Source of the DNA: Planctomycetota bacterium
GTDB taxonomy: Bacteria > Planctomycetota > UBA8108 > UBA1146
Assembly (NCBI GenBank): GCA_036338595.1
Contig: JAYZBV010000029.1
Span: forward strand, 1 to 12,558
Length of the DNA stretch: 12,558 nucleotides
Direction: 5' to 3'
The notes beneath the pieces are model-generated. The model worked only from the letters and a program-made list of their open reading frames with translations. It was not told the origin of the DNA and ran no database searches. Shown piece by piece: positions 7,137 through 12,558 of the stretch (position 1 is the stretch's first letter; each line of letters begins with the position of its first letter). Made by a program: the position numbers and the translations under genes.

Positions 7137-7325
7137 GTGTCGAAAGCATTGCTGGCGACACCTCGCCACATCTTCTCTCGCGACTATTCCATCACCAGAG
7201 ATGGTGAGCCGGTGGCGGACCTGGCTATCGCTACCTTCAGCGATCAGTGCGAACTTGAACTGGACGGCCACATCTATCACCTCCGTCGTGATGGCATCTT
7301 CAAGAGAAGCTTCAACCATCGCTGA
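7137..7325 (+). CDS. Short hypothetical protein (62 aa), possibly a truncated gene remnant
   Basis: GTG start 2 nt after the thioesterase stop, operon-like codon usage, and a beta-strand-like pattern (FSRDYSITRDGEPVADL...LELDGHIYHLRRDG) that ends abruptly. Confidence 0.5.
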   Translation: MSKALLATPRHIFSRDYSITRDGEPVADLAIATFSDQCELELDGHIYHLRRDGIFKRSFNHR

Positions 7326-7327
7326 TC

Positions 7328-7356
7328 GTCAACTGTCCCGTCGAGTTGACCGTTTT
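7328..7356 (+). terminator. Weak terminator-like hairpin at the end of the rimK-polX operon
   Basis: GTCAACT (7328-7334) / AGTTGAC (7344-7350) stem with a 9-nt loop, followed by CGTTTT. Confidence 0.3.
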
Positions 7357-7452
7357 CGACTGAGGGAACCGAGCCACAGACCGGAAATACTGGCTTCTAG
7401 GCGGTAGCCGATGCCGGGGAGCCCGCCTCCTGTTCACACGGTGACACCCCTC

Positions 7453-8961
7453 CTAGGGGCACGCCGCAGCGCTGGAGCAATCGAGATTGTCGTCGGTGGG
7501 ATCGATGCCGCAATCGGGGAATGGCGGTGGGGGCGGTGGTGCGTTGCTGAACAGGTAGCCGAGCAAGGCGACTGCGTCCGCCAGGTTGACGGTGCTGTCG
7601 TCGTTGACGTCACAGGTCTTGATGCAGGTGGGGGTGGCGCCGTTGACGAACAGGAAGTTGAGCAGGAAGGTGCCATCGGCGATGTCGATGGCATCATCGC
7701 CATTGCACTCGCCTCGGATGAAGCCCTGGCAACTGTCGAGGATGCCATCGCCGTTCTGGTCGGTGGTGGGATCGAGCTGACACAGGTCTGGCACGCCGTC
7801 CTCATCGCAGTCAGGGCCCTGATATTCGTTGAAGTAGATCCGGTCGGGGCCGCCCAGGATGGCGGCTACCAGATCGAGATCGCCGTCGGCGTCGAGGTCG
7901 CCGAGCGCCAGGGAGATGGAATCTCCCGGCTCAAAGGATCGATCATTCTCGGTGAAAACTCCGCTGCCATCATTGCGATGAATGCCTGCGACATCGAAGG
8001 GTGATTGCATCTCTACCAGATCGAGATCGCCATCGTCATCGATGTCTCCGATGGTCTGGCCGTAGGAACCCTCGCCGAGCAGCTGGCCGCTGTCGTTGAA
8101 GGTTCCGCTGGAGTCATTGAACCAGATGCGGGTGCCATCTGCGACGCCACCGACACTGGATGTGGATGCCGCGATGTCCAGATCGCCGTCGCCATCGAGA
8201 TCGCCGATGGAGAGACCGGTGACGTGGGGCGGTTCGGGCAACATCGATGCGCTGGCGCTGAAGGAACCGTTGCCGTCATTGATGAAGATCTGGGTGGGGT
8301 TGGGACCGACGATGCCGCCCTCGATGAAATCGAGATCGCCGTCGCCGTCGAGGTCGCCGAGAGCCAGTGCCAGTGTGACGGTCGATCCGAGCATCTGGCC
8401 GCTATCGGTGAAGTTGCCATTGCCATCGTTGGTGTAGACCCGGTTGGCTGTGAGTCCGACCAGGTTATCGCCATTCCCGACCACGATGTCGAGATCGCCA
8501 TCGCCATCGAGATCACCAACCGCGAGACAGTTGCTTGGTGAATCTCCCAGACTCTGACCGCTATCGGTGAAATTACCGTTGCCGTCATTGAATGCGATGG
8601 TGTTGGCCGCGCTGATGGTGCCGGAGATGCCATTTGCGCTGGCGAGATCGAGATCCCCATCGCCATCGAAATCAGCCAGGGCCACGGCCCGCGTCCAGGA
8701 AGATCCCAGATCCTGGCCGCTGTCGGTGAAGTTGCCAGCGCCGTCATTGAGGTAGATGTGGTTGGTAGAGATCTCCCCGGTCACCAGGTCGAGATCGTCG
8801 TCGCCGTCGATGTCGCCGAGTACCACCGAGTTGCTGGTGAGGATTCCCAGTGCCTGGTCACTGGCGACGAAGTTGCCATCCCCTGGCAGGGCGCATGGTC
8901 CTTGAGCCGACAGCGCCGGAGAGATGACCAGGGCGAGGATCAGCAACAGACAACGAACCAT
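7453..8961 (-). CDS. Secreted FG-GAP/VCBS-repeat protein (predicted 7-blade propeller) with Asp/Cys repeats and a C-terminal dockerin-like module
   Basis: ATG at 8961 after AAGAAAGG. Signal peptide MVRCLLLILALVISPALSA. Seven (G/A)D(L/I/F)DxDxDLD repeats, each followed by an N(D/E) motif (mostly NDGxGxF). Then DCDEDGVPDLC / DQNGDGILDSC, then the FIRGECN...ACP tail. 502 aa. Confidence 0.88.
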   Translation of the reverse strand: MVRCLLLILALVISPALSAQGPCALPGDGNFVASDQALGILTSNSVVLGDIDGDDDLDLVTGEISTNHIYLNDGAGNFTDSGQDLGSSWTRAVALADFDGDGDLDLASANGISGTISAANTIAFNDGNGNFTDSGQSLGDSPSNCLAVGDLDGDGDLDIVVGNGDNLVGLTANRVYTNDGNGNFTDSGQMLGSTVTLALALGDLDGDGDLDFIEGGIVGPNPTQIFINDGNGSFSASASMLPEPPHVTGLSIGDLDGDGDLDIAASTSSVGGVADGTRIWFNDSSGTFNDSGQLLGEGSYGQTIGDIDDDGDLDLVEMQSPFDVAGIHRNDGSGVFTENDRSFEPGDSISLALGDLDADGDLDLVAAILGGPDRIYFNEYQGPDCDEDGVPDLCQLDPTTDQNGDGILDSCQGFIRGECNGDDAIDIADGTFLLNFLFVNGATPTCIKTCDVNDDSTVNLADAVALLGYLFSNAPPPPPPFPDCGIDPTDDNLDCSSAAACP

Positions 8962-9134
8962 CAAAATACCTTTCTTGAACACTCTCTCCATTATCCACTG
9001 GGGAAGCAGGGTTAGTAGCGGCGACATCGCAACAAAAAGCGGCCCCGGTACATTTTGAAGCAGATTGGAGGCCTGCACGGCGAGTTCTTCCGTCAGTCGA
9101 TCCACTCCAGTAGAGCTAGCTCCAATAGGGGGAA

Positions 9135-9161
9135 ACCGAAGGGCTCTGGACAACCTTCGGT
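9135..9161. promoter_or_regulatory. 8-bp inverted repeat upstream of the MBOAT gene
   Basis: ACCGAAGG (9135-9142) - 11 nt - CCTTCGGT (9154-9161). A perfect palindrome GAGCTAGCTC lies nearby at 9113-9122. Confidence 0.3.
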
Positions 9162-9199
9162 GCTTGGTGTAGGGCTTCTTCTTCAGAGGGGCAGGTTCC

Positions 9200-10618
9200 T
9201 TGGTCTTCAATTCTCTCACCTTCCTGCTCTTCTTTGTGGTTGTTCTCGTCATAGATCGGTGTCTCCGGCACTGGCGAGGTCGAAAACTCCACTTGCTCAT
9301 CGCCAGTTACCTCTTCTACGCAGCGTGGAATCCGCCCTTTGTTCTTCTCCTCTGGCTCTCGACCGTCGTTGACTGGTATGCAGCCCGAGGGATTGCCAGC
9401 GCTCGCACGATGGCCCTTCGGCGATTCTTTCTTGCTCTGAGTCTTGCCACCAATCTAGGACTCCTTGCCTGTTTCAAGTACGGCGGATTTCTCCTCGAGA
9501 ACCTAGAGTTGCTGCTGGAGGTGTTTGGGGTTGTTTTCCAGCCGCCAACTTTCTCCATCGTCTTGCCGGTGGGAATCTCCTTCTACACCTTCCAAACTCT
9601 CTCTTACACCATCGACATCTATCGTGGAAAAACCGCGCCTTCCCCCTCCTTCCTCGACTTTGCTCTCTACGTGACCTTCTTCCCGCAACTAGTCGCCGGG
9701 CCGATCGTTCGTTCGACCGAGTTCCTTCCCCAGTGCCTCGAAGCGAAGCGTGCAAACAGTAAGCAACTCGGCTGGGGGTTGACCCTCCTGACTCTCGGTC
9801 TGGTCGAGAAGGTGGTGATCGCAGACGGTGTCATGGCGAGGATCGCGGATCAGGTCTACGCTTCCACTGTTCCGGTGTCTTTCCTCGATGCCTGGGCAGG
9901 AACATTTGCCTTCGCCTGGCAGATCTTCTTCGATTTTGCTGGTTACTCGACCTGTGCCATCGGAGTTGCACTGTGCCTCGGATTTGCGCTACCGGACAAC
10001 TTTCGCTTCCCCTACGCTGCGGTGGGTTTTAGTGACTTCTGGAGGCGCTGGCACATCTCCCTCTCCAGTTGGCTTCGCGACTATCTCTACATCTCGCTGG
10101 GCGGGAACCGTCGAGGATCGGTGCGGACCCGGATCAACTTGATGCTGACGATGCTAATCGGCGGGTTGTGGCATGGCGCAGCCTGGCGATTCGTCATCTG
10201 GGGAGGTCTTCATGGATTCTACCTCGGCCTTGAGCGATTCATCATGAAGATGCCCATCAGCAGCGTTCTATCGGAGAAGGTGTGGATGAGACCGCTGATG
10301 GCAGTCGTTACCTTTGTTGCTGTGTGTGTCGCTTGGGTGTTTTTCCGCGCAGAGACACTGCCGGCGGCTCTCAGCATGTGCGCTTCGTTGAGTTTCTTTG
10401 GCGGTGGTGAACTGCTGCTCGGTGCCAATCAGGTCGTTGCCACCTTCGTCGGAACCGCCCTGCTGCTCTTCTTGCAGTGGAAACTTCGAGACACCACCCT
10501 GGAAGCGGTGGCGGCAAGGATGCCGAACTGGCTTCTCTCCTTGACGCTGTTTGTCCTTCTGTTCCTGCTCTACCGGGTGAGAGGAGATTCACGTGCCTTC
10601 ATCTACTTCCAGTTTTAG
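9200..10618 (+). CDS. MBOAT-family O-acyltransferase (AlgI/PatA/DltB-like)
   Basis: xFNS start, LPVGISFYTFQ, FFPQLVAGPI, QIFFDFAGYS, FWRRWHISLSSWLRDYLYI, GLWHG (catalytic His) and C-terminal FIYFQF. TTG start after GAGGGG. 472 aa. Confidence 0.93.
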   Translation: MVFNSLTFLLFFVVVLVIDRCLRHWRGRKLHLLIASYLFYAAWNPPFVLLLWLSTVVDWYAARGIASARTMALRRFFLALSLATNLGLLACFKYGGFLLENLELLLEVFGVVFQPPTFSIVLPVGISFYTFQTLSYTIDIYRGKTAPSPSFLDFALYVTFFPQLVAGPIVRSTEFLPQCLEAKRANSKQLGWGLTLLTLGLVEKVVIADGVMARIADQVYASTVPVSFLDAWAGTFAFAWQIFFDFAGYSTCAIGVALCLGFALPDNFRFPYAAVGFSDFWRRWHISLSSWLRDYLYISLGGNRRGSVRTRINLMLTMLIGGLWHGAAWRFVIWGGLHGFYLGLERFIMKMPISSVLSEKVWMRPLMAVVTFVAVCVAWVFFRAETLPAALSMCASLSFFGGGELLLGANQVVATFVGTALLLFLQWKLRDTTLEAVAARMPNWLLSLTLFVLLFLLYRVRGDSRAFIYFQF

Positions 10619-11603
10619 CACTCACCGGGTTTTCGACCGTTTGCCTGCGAAAAACTGGGGCCGGTGTTGGGGCGCTGCGCTGGCGGGATTATTGCTCCTC
10701 CTCTTGCTTCTCGAGGGATCTCTTCGCTTTCAGGGGATCGGCCCGAGCCAGGCCGACACAACGCTGCTCTGGGTTGCCACCCGCGACCGACTTAACTCCG
10801 GAGACGTGGTGCTGGCAGGGGCATCGAAGAGCCAACTGGGGCTCCATCGCCAGAGAATTGAAGAGGTCACAAAAAAGAGCACACTGCAACTCTCCATCAA
10901 CGGCATGGTTCCGTGGGCGATGCTCGGGCACTTGGCCTTCGAGACTGAATTTAACGGCCTGGTCCTGCTGTCGATCACCCCCTATGGCCTCACCGAAGGT
11001 TTTTCCATCGACAAGGGTGATCAGTCGGACCATCTGCGGGCGTGGAAACGAATGGCCTGGTCATCACCCCTGGAGAGTTGGTTGAGGACCCGTGCCGACG
11101 GATCTCTGGTCACTCGGAGGTCCGGGGTTTCTCGGCGTTTTCTCGCACCTCTTGGCATCGGAAGCAACAAGAGGATGCCGTACCTGACGATGGACACCCA
11201 GCGCCAGATGTTTGCTGACTATTCCAGGAGGGATGCGGCCAGGCTCATGGCAGAAGGTGCGAGCAATAGTGTGGTCCTCGCAGAGGATCAGCAGCCCTCC
11301 GTCGGGTTGTTCGCGGCGGTGAGGGAAGCGGTTGCCCAGATTCGATCAAGAGGGGGGGAGGTGGTGCTGATCAGAATGCCATCCTCAGGCGCCTACCGGG
11401 AAGCGGAAGCGCTGCGGTTTCCTCGCGAGAGGTTCTGGAATAAGTTTGTCGCACAAGTCGATGCTCCATCGATTCACTTCGAGGATTTCCCCGCTCTTTC
11501 TCGCTTCTTCTGTCCAGACGGATCCCATCTCGATGGCAAGGACTCTCTCGCTTTCACCGATGCGATGCTGGCCATCCTTGTCGAGGAGCGCTGGAGCCGT
11601 TGA
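10593..11603 (+). CDS. Membrane-anchored SGNH-like acyltransferase partner (AlgJ/DltD-like)
   Basis: Overlaps the MBOAT end by 26 nt. N-terminal hydrophobic anchor AALAGLLLLLLLLE, block I-like VVLAGASKS, VVLIRMP, and C-terminal DGSHL (DxxH). Confidence 0.75.
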   Translation: MPSSTSSFSTHRVFDRLPAKNWGRCWGAALAGLLLLLLLLEGSLRFQGIGPSQADTTLLWVATRDRLNSGDVVLAGASKSQLGLHRQRIEEVTKKSTLQLSINGMVPWAMLGHLAFETEFNGLVLLSITPYGLTEGFSIDKGDQSDHLRAWKRMAWSSPLESWLRTRADGSLVTRRSGVSRRFLAPLGIGSNKRMPYLTMDTQRQMFADYSRRDAARLMAEGASNSVVLAEDQQPSVGLFAAVREAVAQIRSRGGEVVLIRMPSSGAYREAEALRFPRERFWNKFVAQVDAPSIHFEDFPALSRFFCPDGSHLDGKDSLAFTDAMLAILVEERWSR

Positions 11604-11737
11604 TCGGAACGGGGAAGTGATTGCTCGTGCAATACAGGTGAAGCTATTTCACAGGACCACCGAAATCTCCGATGAGATTCCCACGGTTCTGCAACTATTC
11701 CTGTTCAGGCGACTGTTCCTTACATCAGGATCTCACC

Positions 11738-12556
11738 TCACGGACAAGCTCCAAAGCTGACGCAGTCGAGGGCGTCGAATGTTGGGTCGATGCCGCAGTC
11801 GGGGAAGGGGTTGCTGGGGATCTGGCCGCTGATGAAGAGGTAGGTGAGCAGGTAGACCGCATCGGCGACGTTGATGGTGCCGTCATCATTGGCATCGACA
11901 CTGTCGATGCAGCTCGGGGTGGGGGAGTCGTTGAACAGGTAGTCGAGGGAGATGGTGACATCGGAGAGCTCGACACCCTGGCTGGCGTTGACATCTCCAC
12001 GGATGAACAATGTATCCTCACACTCATCCGGAATGCCGTTGCTGTTACTGTCGCTACTGGGTCCAGAGTTGAGATCACAGCTATCGAGGGTGCCGTTGCC
12101 GTTACAGTCCGGCGCTCCGGCGTCGAGCTGGCAAGAATCCAGAACCCCATCTCCATCGCAATCCACCGCAAACCCCTGATCGATCTCGCAATCGTCGAGG
12201 AATCCGTTGTTGTTGCAGTCGACCGCCCCGGCGTCGATATCGCACTCGTCCGGGATCAGGTTCAGGTCACAATCGAGAGAGATTCCGTTGAGAATGTCGC
12301 AGTCATCGAGGAAGCCGTTGTTGTTGCAGTCAAAACTGGTGCCGTTGACGAAATCACAGTCGTCCGGGATGCCGTTGTTGTTGCAATCGAAGAAGGGGCC
12401 GGCTTTGCAACTATCGGGAACTCCATCGAGGTCACAATCGAACTCGGTGCCGTCGGAAATGTCGCAGGAGTCTGGGATGTTGTTGAGATTGCAGTCCTGA
12501 CTTGCACCTGTGAGGATGTCACATTCATCCGGAATGCCGTTGCTGTTACTGTCGCT
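11738..12556 (-). CDS. 3' part of a large secreted/surface protein with D(C/S)xxxxxxDxC repeats and a C-terminal dockerin-like module (5' end outside the window)
   Basis: Manual translation shows the frame open from 12556 to TGA at 11738. The ORF track only shows the part from an internal GTG. Ten Asp/Cys repeats are followed by FIRGDVN...DANDDGTINVADAVYLLTYLF...CGIDPT...ACP. Confidence 0.88.
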   Translation of the reverse strand, partial: SDSNSNGIPDECDILTGASQDCNLNNIPDSCDISDGTEFDCDLDGVPDSCKAGPFFDCNNNGIPDDCDFVNGTSFDCNNNGFLDDCDILNGISLDCDLNLIPDECDIDAGAVDCNNNGFLDDCEIDQGFAVDCDGDGVLDSCQLDAGAPDCNGNGTLDSCDLNSGPSSDSNSNGIPDECEDTLFIRGDVNASQGVELSDVTISLDYLFNDSPTPSCIDSVDANDDGTINVADAVYLLTYLFISGQIPSNPFPDCGIDPTFDALDCVSFGACP

Positions 12557-12558
12557 AC
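12020..12558 (-). repeat. Intragenic tandem array of ten ~16-19 aa DCNxNGxPDxC-type repeats; first and last visible units share 34 identical bp
   Basis: Units are DSNSNGIPDEC, DCNLNNIPDSC, DCDLDGVPDSC, DCNNNGIPDDC, DCNNNGFLDDC, DCDLNLIPDEC, DCNNNGFLDDC, DCDGDGVLDSC, DCNGNGTLDSC, DSNSNGIPDEC. Positions 12024-12057 are identical to 12525-12558. Confidence 0.9.

Noticed and set aside
7411..9015. Plus-strand ORFs 7411..8004, 8005..8541 and 8758..9015 with repeated IEIAV patterns
   Set aside because: They are antisense reflections of the GDLDGD repeats of the FG-GAP gene.
8962..9300. 113-aa N-terminal extension of the FG-GAP ORF
   Set aside because: It overlaps the MBOAT start on the other strand. 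The signal peptide and RBS indicate a start at 8961.
12200..12390. AAC-rich repeats resembling a diversity-generating retroelement template or a CRISPR array
   Set aside because: They are in-frame Asn codons of protein repeats. No reverse transcriptase, adenine-specific TR/VR pair, cas gene or constant repeat-spacer structure is present.

Overview
GC-rich bacterial chromosomal segment, probably Planctomycetota-like (inferred from two secreted proteins that carry DCNxNGxPDxC repeats and an FIRG-type dockerin-like tail). In order: (1) a tandem pair of Bax inhibitor-1/YccA-family membrane genes, where the first copy has a single in-frame TAG and a CRP-like box upstream; (2) a minus-strand operon of hotdog thioesterase, queE and queD, with no queC/queF/tgt in the window; (3) a divergent plus-strand run of cysteine dioxygenase-like cupin, rimK, polX-PHP, YciA-type thioesterase and a short, possibly truncated ORF; (4) a secreted 7-repeat FG-GAP protein; (5) an AlgI-like MBOAT with an overlapping SGNH partner; (6) the 3' part of a large Cys/Asp-repeat protein that runs off the window end at an exact 34-bp repeat. 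No RNA genes, CRISPR arrays or mobile elements were seen. The most notable points are the gapless 89-aa C-terminal module shared by two different secreted proteins (with a covarying Cys pair), the amber-interrupted BI-1 paralog, and the thioesterase-queED / CDO-rimK neighbourhood. All functional calls come from motif recognition, not database searches.
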